Positions 21,005 through 31,461 of a DNA stretch of 64,000 bases are shown here, in pieces. How positions within the stretch are numbered: the stretch's first letter is position 1; the number at the start of each line of letters is the position of its first letter. The stretch comes from an uncultured delta proteobacterium (GTDB lineage Bacteria > Desulfobacterota > BSN033 > UBA1163): positions 832,001 through 896,000 of the forward strand of contig CAVPSJ010000004.1 of NCBI GenBank assembly GCA_963708295.1. The letters run 5' to 3'. A model generated the notes under the pieces. That model had not been told where the DNA came from. It made no database searches and was given only the letters and a program-made list of their open reading frames with translations. The position numbers and the translations under genes are program-made.

Positions 21005-21262
21005 CTAAATCCTTCTTTGTTTTTGCCTTCCGTGGGGTATCCCGAGCTTCCTCATACGGTGCCGGAGCGTACTGGGATTTATGCCCAGCAGTTGCGCGGC
21101 CCCGGAGGGTCCATGAACCCTTCCCTTTGGTCGTGTCTAAGGCATGTTTGATGTGATTTGAAATAACGTGATCGAGGTTTAAGAAATCATCTCTTCGGGT
21201 CGTCGATTCTTCATGTTCTTCACAGTCATCCGGTCAAACGATGTTATCCAAAACCAGGGGGC
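21005..21262 (-). pseudogene. Remnant 3' end (Fis-type HTH) of a paralog of the sigma-54 activator at 31462-33003
   Basis: PLVLDNIV*PDD...HGPSGAAQLLGINPSTLRHRMRKLGIPHGRQKQRRI, with a nonsense codon where the paralog has Trp. Confidence 0.85.
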
Positions 21263-21491
21263 CCCGGTTTCCTCGAAGCCGATACCGTTGTCCCTTAAGG
21301 CCAATCTCTATCTGGAATGTTCGCCCATCTCCTTGACTGCGTTGATATTGCCACCCGTTGGTCTGAGGGTGCTCATAGAAGAAGAAAATATTTCGAAGAA
21401 ACATGACCAGCAGTAATTCTTATTGACTTTTCCTCACAAAATGAATAGGGTTTCATTGCCTACCTTAGCTTTTGAAAGGAGCCCCAAATGG

Positions 21492-22279
21492 ATGAGAATT
21501 AAGAAAGTGGCAATTGTGACAGGAGGAAGCTATGGCATTGGTAAGGCATGTGCCGCCGTTTTTGCGGAGTCGGGAATGGATATTGCCATCCTTAGCAGAA
21601 AGCGTAAGGAGGGTTTGGAAACTAGAGAGGAAATATGCAAATTTGGGACGAAAGTTATTCATATCGAAACAGATGTTTCCGATAAAGAACAGGTAAGAAG
21701 ATCCGTCGCCCAGGTTTCTGATGAATTTCGCCGCATCGATATCTTGGTAAACAATGCCGGAATCGTAACTCCCGTTAAGTTCTTTTTGAACAGACGGATG
21801 AAGATTGGGACTGCGTAATCAAAGTGAATCTTTACGGCACTTTTTATATGATGAAGGAAGTCGTCCCTATGATGATAAAACAAAGATATGGCAGAATTGT
21901 GAACGTATCCTCCGTGTTAGCTCGTTCCGGGTCTTGCGGCAGGGCCAACTACGTCGTGTCTAAAGGCGGGATAGAGTTGTTGACGATGACGGCGGCGATG
22001 GAACTTGGGGAGTATGGGATTACCGTCAATGTTGTGCGTCCCGGTTTAACGCTTACTCCGCTATCCATAGCACGCGGATATGATTTTAGTGGCGTTGCGA
22101 GGGGAATTCCACGGCAGAGGATAGGGACTCCCAAGGATGTCGCTCGGATAGTTCATTTCCTTGTTCAAGAAGAAGCAGATTATATTACGGGGCAGACCTT
22201 CTCGGGAGATGGGGGCATCGGTTTATGCGGAACGGGGCTCATGCATGCACTGGCCCCTCTAAAACCCAAAGGAGCTTGA
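21492..22279 (+). CDS. SDR family oxidoreductase (frameshift near 21790)
   Basis: TGGSYGIG, ILVNNAG, YVVSK, ITVNVVRPG, YITGQ. Confidence 0.9.
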
Positions 22280-22362
22280 GCCGCCTCTTATATCTTAGGG
22301 AAATCAACCTCATTTTTCCTTCCCTGGAGCCGCGGATAAGCGTTTCAATAGGTGCCTTCAAC

Positions 22363-22842
22363 TTAACGGGGAGCGGGTTGCTCTTCCGAGAGACACAATC
22401 GTTGGATTCGCTCTGCAATCGAATCAAACATTTTCTGAGCAAAGTTTCGCTGAAACGGTTTGAGAACCTGCCCCATGAGAGTTCGCCTCCCTTCTTCCAC
22501 TGCCGCACAGGAAACCTCCGTCCGGCCATTATCAACGACTCTCAATTTCATCGTGACCTTCACACCTACCCGGATGGGTCCTCTCCTGACCGAGATGACA
22601 CAGCCATAGGATTCAGGGCGAAGAGTATTCTCCAGTTTTCCCTCTACATAAAAAGGGAAATGGATGAACCCTGCCTTCCATCTCAACACGGCTCGAAAGC
22701 GGTCTAAGCTGACAATATCCACCTGCTCGAAGGGCAGTTCCTGATACGTAACCATGGCCAGTAAGTCCCAAACTTTGATTTGCGAAGCTCCGACGAAAAA
22801 GCTCTTTTGCACAATGGTTTGCCTTGAAGAGACTACGTCCAC
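22363..22842 (-). CDS. SRPBCC/CoxG-like hypothetical protein
   Basis: ASQIKVWDLL start, strand-rich core, C-terminal amphipathic helix; overlaps the upstream flavoprotein gene. Confidence 0.55.
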   Translation of the reverse strand: MDVVSSRQTIVQKSFFVGASQIKVWDLLAMVTYQELPFEQVDIVSLDRFRAVLRWKAGFIHFPFYVEGKLENTLRPESYGCVISVRRGPIRVGVKVTMKLRVVDNGRTEVSCAAVEEGRRTLMGQVLKPFQRNFAQKMFDSIAERIQRLCLSEEQPAPR

Positions 22843-24278
22843 GGGTTTTCTCCTGCTGCATTTTCGCCTGCAATCCGCCCGAATACAATGGCATCCGTAA
22901 GACCCCCGCCCGACAGCGTCAAGAAACCCCAGATTGAACCTAAGCCACCCGCCGCATATAGCCTCGGAATTGGTTTTCTCTGGCTATTGACCACCCTTGC
23001 TTGCCTATCCCGCCGGGGCCCTCCCGCAGCGGTCCCCAGACCGGGCGATATCTCAATGGCGCAATACGGGGGCGTTTGAATAGGCGTCAGCGTTTCCCTG
23101 GTTCTGCCAAATTCAGCCTCTTTGCCTAGTTTGCAGGATTCATTATATCGGGCAACCGTGTTTGTCAGGGTCGCCTCGTCAACCGATATCAGCTTCGCCA
23201 GATCGCCGATCGTTTTGCCCTGCTTGATCCATCCCCTCGTAATCTCTTTCGAATTGTCTAAACTCCATTTATAGTTGTTGGCTCCTGATACAATCCCGCT
23301 TAGAGGGCCCTTTCGCCGGGTGAGATCGTCAAAGATCGCGTAAGCAGGTGGATGGGGATAATTGGGGCGATGAGGAACGTAGGACATAATTAATTTCGAT
23401 ACCTCGTGAATCTCCGAGCCTGTTTCATTTGCAAACCGCCTTCCATCTTTGTCCACGTAAATAAAGCCTGGGGTGTGGAATCTGATCGTAAACGCCGCTT
23501 TGTACTCGGGGGTCTTAAATACGAACCACCCATGGAAGACATTCATATGCCACAATGCAGCTCCAACCTTCTGGGCCATCAGAACGCCATCACCGGTGTT
23601 CCCCGGGTTCCCAATGGCATAAAGAGGTGTCACAGGTAAGAATGTCTCTTTCATCTCTTCGTTATATTCAAAACTACCACATGCCAGAATGACAGCCTTT
23701 TTAGCCTGAATTGAAACTTCGTTGCCTTCCCTTTCGGCGTTAACTGCCACGACCTCTCCTTTCGGGTTTGTCACCAACTCTTTGACCGGAGTGTTGGTTA
23801 TCACCTTTATCCCCCGGCGTTCGACATTATCGGTAAGCAGTCTCCATAGGGGCATGGCGGGGAGTTCGTCAGTCGTCCCTCCAGCAACCCTGCGGAGTTC
23901 CGTATGTTCCCAGCCGGGGACATTTGGCCAGCACGGAAACCCCGATGTAGGATAAGTAACCACCGGGTTCTGGTAAATTACCGTCTCACCGCCCAGGGCT
24001 TTAATCCAGTCATTTATCTTCGTACAGCCTTCGACATAGGCCTCAATCACCCCTCTGTCGGTTTTCCCGAAGCAAAGGGCTTCGACGTGCTGAATCGCTC
24101 CCGGGCCTATCGCAGTAATCAACATGGCTGCAGACAAACGGCTGTTTCCGCCGCCAGCCGGCATTTTTTCCAAGATCACTACTCTAGCACCGTTATCGTG
24201 GGCAGTGATCGCCGCTGCAGCACCCGCACTCCCAAACCCCACAACAACGACATCGGTTTCAACTACCTGATCGATCAT
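22833..24278 (-). CDS. FAD-binding oxidoreductase (fumarate reductase / 3-ketosteroid dehydrogenase superfamily)
   Basis: DVVVVGFGSAGAAAA, ILACGSF, NTGDG, GRRFANE, IPRLYAAG, FGRIAG. Confidence 0.9.
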   Translation of the reverse strand: MIDQVVETDVVVVGFGSAGAAAAITAHDNGARVVILEKMPAGGGNSRLSAAMLITAIGPGAIQHVEALCFGKTDRGVIEAYVEGCTKINDWIKALGGETVIYQNPVVTYPTSGFPCWPNVPGWEHTELRRVAGGTTDELPAMPLWRLLTDNVERRGIKVITNTPVKELVTNPKGEVVAVNAEREGNEVSIQAKKAVILACGSFEYNEEMKETFLPVTPLYAIGNPGNTGDGVLMAQKVGAALWHMNVFHGWFVFKTPEYKAAFTIRFHTPGFIYVDKDGRRFANETGSEIHEVSKLIMSYVPHRPNYPHPPAYAIFDDLTRRKGPLSGIVSGANNYKWSLDNSKEITRGWIKQGKTIGDLAKLISVDEATLTNTVARYNESCKLGKEAEFGRTRETLTPIQTPPYCAIEISPGLGTAAGGPRRDRQARVVNSQRKPIPRLYAAGGLGSIWGFLTLSGGGLTDAIVFGRIAGENAAGENPWT

Positions 24279-24356
24279 GGGAACCTCCGTCCTTGACCAA
24301 AGTGAGCTCCCGTGGAGTTCCACAGGCAGAACCGCCATTTCCCCCTTCAGGAATTT

Positions 24357-24617
24357 CTATCCATTGTTCTGAACGTCGTCATTCTCGAACCGGCGCGGCT
24401 TGCCAAAACCAAAAAATATATAGCGAAGATTGGAGGGATTGAGTAAAAATAGCTTTACGAGTGTCATTATATCCTTATGAGTCAGAGCTGCGCTGGCTTG
24501 CCATCCTACCGGTTTGGTGAGTCGGATGGTCATCATGAGGCAGCCATCCCTTTCGCAGAATCCTGCTATATCACCCACTAACTCCACATTTTGGAGTCCG
24601 CTCACTTTCATTTTCAT
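24357..24617 (-). CDS. Small hypothetical protein, 86 aa
   Basis: Clean ORF between co-oriented flavoenzyme genes. Confidence 0.6.
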   Translation of the reverse strand: MKMKVSGLQNVELVGDIAGFCERDGCLMMTIRLTKPVGWQASAALTHKDIMTLVKLFLLNPSNLRYIFFGFGKPRRFENDDVQNNG

Positions 24618-24698
24618 AATTAAGAATCCCTTCTATTCTGACATTTCGATTATCCGTTCCAATCGCTTTGCGTCCGACATGTAAGAATCCAGTATCAT

Positions 24699-26633
24699 TT
24701 AAATCTGCCGTGCTATACGCGCACCGTCATCAACGGCATCAGCAACGCTTCGGGGCCTTTCACAATCCCCGATCGCATAGATCTCTATATTTCCCCCCTC
24801 AGGGCTTCGTAAAGATTCATATTCGAACGATATCCCAAAGCGATCACGACTGTATCGCCCTTGATCTTCTGTTTCTTACCCGCTCGGTCGACCACCACCA
24901 CCTCTTTGTCCGTAATCTCTTCAATCCGCATCCCTGTTAGTCCTTGAACCCCATACTTGGGCAAGAGGACAAACAACATGTACGTTCTGCAAAGAACGGA
25001 CATATCATAAGCCAGTACAGGGACAGGGAAATGGCTCAACGATCGTGACGTGTTCAGCAAGCCCTTTTGCTGCAATCGTATAAGCCGTGTCCACACCTGC
25101 CCGGTTTCCTCCAATCACGACGACATTCTTCCCGACACGCATCCTTCCGGTGAGAACATCAACAGCCGTAACCACGTGCGATTTCTGGATCCCCGGGATG
25201 GGTGGAATCACTGGTGCGGGAGCACCCGTGGCTACAATGACCACGTCCGGTTTGACCTGCTTGATCACCTCCGGACTGACCTCTCTGCCAAGTTCAACTC
25301 TTACACCGGCGCGGGCGCATTGCCTCACGAGCCAGTCACGAAAATTCAACAAAAGGTCATTCCCTTTGCAAAGACCGATGATTCTCAGATTGCCACCTAA
25401 CTCTGATTCCTTTTCCATAACAGTAACCTGATGTCCCCTGAGTGCGGCCACCCGCGCTGCCTCCAAGCCTCCCGGCCCTCCTCCCGCCACCAATACTCTT
25501 TTAGGATTGCTTGCCCGCCTTATTGCATACTCTTTCTCTCTGCCCACCTCCGGATTGAGACTGCAACCCCTAGCTCCATACCCCAGGCATTCGATGCACT
25601 GGATGCATTGGCGAATATCTTCCAGTCGCCCTTCCTGTACTTTCTTCGGCATATCCGGATCGCAGATCAGCGGCTTGGCCAGTGAGACCACATCGGCCTT
25701 TCCTTTCACAAGAGCTTCTTCCCACAGGACCGGGTCATAACATCCCGAAGCGGAGCAAAAAACCGGTATTTTCAAAACCTTCTTCAATGGCTCCGAATAT
25801 TCCCATATCCCAGTTCTCGGCTGGTGATTGCTATGTCCCCTTCCCTTCTCCGTCACTGCAAACGACTCATGAGTCCCGGCTCTGACATCAATATAATTAA
25901 CCCCTTCCTTTTCCAGAGCGACGGCGAAACGGATACTGTCTTCCAATACAATTCCCCCGGGGGCAAGCTCATCTACAACCATGGCGTAGCCGATCAGGAA
26001 ATCGGGGCCGCATCTTTCACGTATGTCCCGCACGATTTCCAAAGGTAACCTCATTCGGTTCTCGAGACTGCCTCCATAAAGATCCGTTCTTACATTCATT
26101 CTCGGGGAGAAAAATTGCTGCAGCAGGTAGGTGGCGGCCCCATGAGGTGCAACCCCGTCACAACCTGCCCGCTTCACCCTCATTGCCGCTTCAACAAAGA
26201 GTCTCTTGATCTCTTCAATCTCTTCCAGGGTCATCGCCCTTGATTGAAGAATCTCTTGACCGGCCGTCAGGCAGGGAACTCCGGATGGAGAAACAGGATC
26301 GCCCGCAGAGGACCCGCCATGATGCAACTGGACCACAACAGGAACACCCTCTCCGTGAATCGCTTCCGCCAGCGTTCGCAGTCCTGGCACATATCTATCA
26401 TCGTCGATCCGCGGGTATCTCTCTATATTTCTACCCAGCACTTCAAGGAGTCCGGTTGAAATTAATGCCGCCCCCCCCCTTGCGCGGGCACGGTAGTAGT
26501 TGATCACTGACTCCGTTAATTCGCCGTTCTCCGCCCCGAATATTTTCATCATCGGAGCCATGATCATTCGATGCTTCAGCACGAGGCTCCCTACTGCTAT
26601 GGGTTTAAGGATCATTTCAAACTTTTTATCCAT
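24699..26633 (-). CDS. NADH:flavin oxidoreductase (Old Yellow Enzyme + FAD/NAD domain; 2,4-dienoyl-CoA reductase/BaiCD-like), frameshifts near 25030 and 24790
   Basis: RMIMAPM, YYRARARGG, QFFSP..N.RTD.YGGSLENR, CIQCIEC..CSLNP, VAGGGPGG, IYAIGDC. Confidence 0.9.
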
Positions 26634-26701
26634 TTTTTACCCCTTTCGGCATATTCCAGTGCTACCCTTTCCCTCAAACGTTCAGCACAATCGTCAGCAC
26701 G

Positions 26702-27040
26702 TTATATATGTTGAAGTAGATTTTTTTGATCCTGGTTGTTTAGGGTTTCTTTCCACAGGCTCTCCACTTCAGAGGGAGACTCTGGCCGGCCTTTTATGAG
26801 GTGAGTGACGGATAAATTGTCCAAAAGATACTTCATCATATGGACCAGTCCTCCGGGGTAACGGTTACGAAATGCAAATGCACCCCCCGCGTCGAATGGG
26901 AAGATCGCCTTCAGATGGGATGGGTGCATCAAAGCGGCTTGCCACTGAGCGCCGGCAAAAGCGGAAATTCAGCGATACATGAAGTAACAAGAACAACTGA
27001 CCGGGACCGCTTATCCTACTTTACCCGACTTCCTTGGTGA
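26702..27040 (-). pseudogene. CocE/NonD hydrolase fragment
   Basis: GKVG*...ISAFAGAQWQAALMHPSHLKAIFPFD (nucleophile-elbow region) with stops. Confidence 0.6.
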
Positions 27041-27269
27041 AAGAGAACGCTATTCGCTGTTGACTCAAGACGGCTGGATGTTTCGAATGCGCTCCCTTGT
27101 CACCCACTATGTGACCGGCATATGCTCCCTAGGCGCGCAATATTGAATGAAGTTCCCTTGCCGGGAGGCTACGCAATGTTTACAAGGAGCTTTGCTAACA
27201 AAGACTATCTAGAAACTTTTCAGACCTATCTCTTGTAAATCACCGAGATGAACTTTCTGCGACTCGGTT

Positions 27270-28277
27270 TCAAATACCCGGACCTTCAAATGCCTGGGCT
27301 TCCCTAACAACTTTGAAACCTGACTTGATTAGTGCATCCCGGAGCCATTCAACTTCCTCTTTGGGAATGGGTAGCAATGGAGCTCTCATGTAGGTTGCAG
27401 GTATCTTTCCTGTTAGCCAAGCACATACTTTAAACCGATACGGGAAATGAGTATAAGTCCTCGTCGCACTGCTGAACACCCCCCTTACCGCATCGGCAGA
27501 CGGTGTTAAGCGAGCCTGAATGGAAAATGCTTCATTCAGATCACCGCGATTGATGGCATTGTATACGGCAAGATCTTCTCGAACCCGATAGACCCCTCCG
27601 GAGTTGACGTTACCTTCAAAGCCCGCTAACGTCGCCTCGGCTAATCCGTGGTCTCCGGCGAGAAGTGCGCACACATGTCTGCCTGTTTCTTTCTCCGCCT
27701 CTCTCAGAGCGCCTACGCAGGCGTGCATGATTCGCACGCTGTACATGCACTCCAACTTGAAGGCAACCAGGTTTTTTGTGACCATTGCTAGTGTTTTAAG
27801 GGTTTTCGGGGGGATATAGCCCATCGTTCCGGCAGCCGGGTTAGGCACGGCAAGAGCGATATAGGGAGCTCCTATTTCCTTGTCAAGACCCCTGTAATAG
27901 TCAACCATGGCTTTATCATCGATATCCGGATTCAGCCCATAGATGATAGGGGGCATCACATAGATAAAGTCGGCTCCTGCATCTTTAATTGCTTTACCCT
28001 GCTCAATGGCCATCCACGTCCATCCGCTCTCAGGGATACTGAGCCCCAGTTGAGCCCTACCTTTGACCTCATCCGCCGCAACTTTGAAAAACTTCAGCCT
28101 TTCTTCCATTGAAAGGCCCTCATGGGCGGTTCCGAAAAACATCCGTTTGGCGCCAGCGTCAAGAAAGTCTCTGATCTGCATCCGAATCGCTTCTTCGTCA
28201 AGCACTCTACAGTTCTTGTCTTTCCACACCACGTTTGTGGCGGGACATATACCGGACCAATCCCCTACTTTCTTCAT
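27270..28277 (-). CDS. Dihydrodipicolinate synthase-family (class I aldolase fold) protein
   Basis: LSMEER, AGADFIYVMPP.I, NLVAFKLE (Schiff-base Lys), RAPL. Confidence 0.8.
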   Translation of the reverse strand: MKKVGDWSGICPATNVVWKDKNCRVLDEEAIRMQIRDFLDAGAKRMFFGTAHEGLSMEERLKFFKVAADEVKGRAQLGLSIPESGWTWMAIEQGKAIKDAGADFIYVMPPIIYGLNPDIDDKAMVDYYRGLDKEIGAPYIALAVPNPAAGTMGYIPPKTLKTLAMVTKNLVAFKLECMYSVRIMHACVGALREAEKETGRHVCALLAGDHGLAEATLAGFEGNVNSGGVYRVREDLAVYNAINRGDLNEAFSIQARLTPSADAVRGVFSSATRTYTHFPYRFKVCAWLTGKIPATYMRAPLLPIPKEEVEWLRDALIKSGFKVVREAQAFEGPGI

Positions 28278-28367
28278 GACGAACTCCTTTCTTTTGATCT
28301 TGCTTGGTTTGCACTCAATTTAGCCTGTTCTTACGCGTCTGCAGACAGTTTTATCGTTTAAGTTCCT

Positions 28368-29609
28368 CTATTTGCATCTCTGATTTCCAGTTTCTGAGGG
28401 TGGAACAGTCGTCGCCTCCTCCGGGATAACGACCGGTTTCCCCGTATACGGGAACGGGAAAAAATCGTTTTCTCGCACCATCACGGCCGCTCTCACCGGT
28501 GTAACGACCTGATGATCGCAAGGCCTCATGGTCACTTTTCCCCAGGGCATATTAAAGGTGGCCCCCTCCCATGCCTTGATAATCTTTTCTGAATCCGTGC
28601 TTCCGGCTTTCTTCACCGCATCGAAGAGCCATTGGGCTCCCCAGTAGATGTCGTTGACTCCGAAAACCGGACTATAGACCACGGGATCCAAATCTTTGTT
28701 CTTTTCCTTAAAGTCCTGAATAAATTTCCTCTGAACCGGGTTGCTCATATCGATCAAAGTGTGTTCAACCACCACGTGGCCTAAAGCCGCCTCTTTGACG
28801 TCCTGCATGATGTACGGATCGAACAGATATCCCCCTCCCGTGATCGCTTTCCAGCCCAGGTCGGCCCCTGTTTTGATTAAGTTGCTAAGATCAGGTCCGT
28901 AGTTACCAGTAAGAACGACCTCGGCGCCGGAGGCGATCACCTTGCTGACATAGGGGGCAAAGTCTTTCATTCCCACTGGATGGTAGTCTTCTCCCACGAT
29001 TTGTCCGCCGGCAATCTTCTTCAAGTTTTTCTTATATCCATCAGCCACCTCGTGTCCGGCTGAAACATCCGTACAGAGAATGTAGAATTTCTTATATTTC
29101 GCATACGTGGCAAAATATGACATTAAGGCATTGGCTCGCTGAGTGGTACAGATCGTCGTTCTGAAGCTGTAAGGGCTGAACTCCGACCCTGTAATGCTGT
29201 CTGTGGTCGCGTTGTAGATGAGGTGTATCTTCTTGTATTTCTCAGCCACCTTCATCAAGGCCATGGCTGTTGGACTTCCGATGCTGCCCAGTAGGAGGTC
29301 GGCCTTATCTTCAAGGACCAGTTTTGTTGCCTTCCGGGATGTCACATCGGGTTTAAAGGCGCCATCCTCCACAACCAGTACTACCTGCTTCCCCAAAAGT
29401 CCCCCTTTTGCGTTAATTTCGTCAACGGCATATTTTGCACCGATAACGAAACGCTCTCCGGAGCTCTTGAATGGCCCCGAAGTAGCCTCGACCAGCCCCA
29501 TCACAATCTTTCCGTCGGCCCCCTCCGCCGAATTCACCGAACAAATGAGTAGAGTGGATACAAACGAAACCAATAATACTCTCAGCACCAAAAGTCTCAT
29601 CCGTTTCAT
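28368..29609 (-). CDS. ABC transporter substrate-binding protein (Leu/Ile/Val family)
   Basis: AVDEINAKGGLLG, KDFAPYVSK, MRPCDHQ; signal peptide. Confidence 0.9.
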   Translation of the reverse strand: MKRMRLLVLRVLLVSFVSTLLICSVNSAEGADGKIVMGLVEATSGPFKSSGERFVIGAKYAVDEINAKGGLLGKQVVLVVEDGAFKPDVTSRKATKLVLEDKADLLLGSIGSPTAMALMKVAEKYKKIHLIYNATTDSITGSEFSPYSFRTTICTTQRANALMSYFATYAKYKKFYILCTDVSAGHEVADGYKKNLKKIAGGQIVGEDYHPVGMKDFAPYVSKVIASGAEVVLTGNYGPDLSNLIKTGADLGWKAITGGGYLFDPYIMQDVKEAALGHVVVEHTLIDMSNPVQRKFIQDFKEKNKDLDPVVYSPVFGVNDIYWGAQWLFDAVKKAGSTDSEKIIKAWEGATFNMPWGKVTMRPCDHQVVTPVRAAVMVRENDFFPFPYTGKPVVIPEEATTVPPSETGNQRCK

Positions 29610-29765
29610 CTTGACCTCCTCTCCGTTTTTGTCGCTAAACCGTTATCAATGGCTCCGCCAGCCGTATTAAGGCTTTTTTTTCACCTCTTCGATCGGACCG
29701 TGATCCATTCCACAAATCGATGCCCCAGTTTCTCGACAGGAATACCCCAAGCCAGCGCTCACGAC

Positions 29766-30491
29766 TTACTTCCTTTTTGCCACCGTGAAATACTTGCGGT
29801 TAAGGTTTAAAATATGCTTCTCCATTTCCTCTCTGGCTCCCATTAGATTCTTTTCTTTTATGGCCTCATAAATTATCTTGTGGGACTTCAAGACCCTCTT
29901 CGCGTAGTTGGTATCCGGATTGAGCGATTGGATAAATCTTGCTGCCTCATTCATGATCGACTCGATGATCACTTCAAATAGGTAATTTTTTGACGCTTTG
30001 GCTATAAAGACGTGGAAATCCAGACTGGTTCTGTCGGTCGACACCCCATCCGAGAGTTGACGCTCCATTTCTTCGATGTTCTTCCTGAGCAAAACCAGGT
30101 CACTCTTGGTAATCCTCGGTATCGCAAGGTCCAGTACGTCCAACTCGATCGCAAGTCTCGTCTCCGTTAGCCCCCGGTGCGTCAAATTCCCGCATTTGAC
30201 CAAATCCGATATGGACCTTGAAATGGCGGTGGCATCAAGGGCCTTGATGAAAGATCCTCCCCTGTTCCCCTGCTTAATATAGACTAGTCCGGATTGTTCC
30301 AGAATTCGCAATGCTTCTCGCACGACTAACCTTGCTGTGTTGAATTGTTTCGATAATTCCTTTTCAGGCGGTAATTTGTCTCCGGGCTTCAACATTCCCG
30401 AAAAGATCAGCTCCCTGATCTGATCGGATATTTGCTCGAAAATTTTCTTTTTCACTTTGAGAGGTTTAAATAGAGGTTGTTTGGGCATCAT
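29766..30491 (-). CDS. GntR/FadR family transcriptional regulator
   Basis: LKPGDKLPPEKEL..F...VREAL.ILE..GLV; FCD-type C-terminus. Confidence 0.92.
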   Translation of the reverse strand: MMPKQPLFKPLKVKKKIFEQISDQIRELIFSGMLKPGDKLPPEKELSKQFNTARLVVREALRILEQSGLVYIKQGNRGGSFIKALDATAISRSISDLVKCGNLTHRGLTETRLAIELDVLDLAIPRITKSDLVLLRKNIEEMERQLSDGVSTDRTSLDFHVFIAKASKNYLFEVIIESIMNEAARFIQSLNPDTNYAKRVLKSHKIIYEAIKEKNLMGAREEMEKHILNLNRKYFTVAKRK

Positions 30492-30527
30492 GTAATGTCT
30501 TATATTAGACATTACTTAATTTGTCAA
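30492..30527 (-). promoter_or_regulatory. Sigma-70 promoter with overlapping palindromic operator for the GntR gene
   Basis: TTGACA-N17-TATAAG-7 nt-ATG; palindrome GTAATGTCT-N6-AGACATTAC at 30492-30515. Confidence 0.7.
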
Positions 30528-30722
30528 GGAATTTTTTCAACCCTTCCTGTGAAGCGGTTTATCTCTGCCGACGGATTGGAATTGCTCCTAAAGGGCGAAA
30601 GGGTTCCCCGTTGGTATGCAGAGGCAACGGCTCACGGACAAGAACAAACTCAAACCGCTTGCCAACCGGCCTGATATGGGTACAATAAGCGAGGGGATCA
30701 ACGTAAAGAAAGGAGGCGACGT

Positions 30723-31328
30723 ATGAAGATTTTGGGGCTTTGCTGCAGTCCACGAAGACAAGGGAACACGGAGACTTTGCTGGAGGTGGCACTCCAAGGG
30801 GCTGTAGAAGAGGGGGCAGAAGTGGAACTCTACGCCGTAGCAGGCAAAAACATAAAACCCTGTGCTGGTTGCCGAGCCTGTGGTGAGACGGGGGAGTGTG
30901 CCGTCAAGGACGATATGCAGGATCTCTATAACAAACTACTGTCCTCAGATGGCATTATTTTCGGTACCCCGATCTATTTTTACTCCATGACGGCTCAGGC
31001 TAAAACGGTCATCGACCGTACGATTGCGTTGACCCATCCGCATAGAAGCCTGGCCAACAAAGTAGGAGGTGTAGTGGTTGTAGCTGGCAGCCTGGGAATC
31101 ATAGATGCATTAAAGGATTTGTATTTCTATATGATCACACGCCAGATGCTCCCAGCTAACTTTGTAGCGGCTTATCCTGGCGCCAAGGATGAGCTCAGAA
31201 AAATGGAGCAGTGTATGGATGCAAGCCGCCGCCTCGGACGACAGATGGTTCAGATCGCTGCAAAGAAGTTCGAGTATCCCAGCGAGTTTCCGAGAGCTCA
31301 CTTCGCCTTTGGAACAAACAAACGTTAA
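30723..31328 (+). CDS. Iron-sulfur flavoprotein / FMN reductase family
   Basis: CSPRRQGNT, CAGCRAC..GEC, GTPIYF. Confidence 0.9.
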   Translation: MKILGLCCSPRRQGNTETLLEVALQGAVEEGAEVELYAVAGKNIKPCAGCRACGETGECAVKDDMQDLYNKLLSSDGIIFGTPIYFYSMTAQAKTVIDRTIALTHPHRSLANKVGGVVVVAGSLGIIDALKDLYFYMITRQMLPANFVAAYPGAKDELRKMEQCMDASRRLGRQMVQIAAKKFEYPSEFPRAHFAFGTNKR

Positions 31329-31461
31329 CCCCGAGCACATCGCGGGGAGATTTTTCTAATCTATGTGTAATCATTTGCCGGAGGCTTGATTTATGAAGGG
31401 ATGGGGGTAAGACGTTTCATTGCGACACAGTCTCTTCGGGGAAGGGTGAGGGACTTGAGGG

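Noticed and set aside
21262-21310. Histidine kinase fragment (LRDNGIGFEE on the minus strand)
   Set aside because: The motif is too short to call; it may mark the junction of the activator remnant
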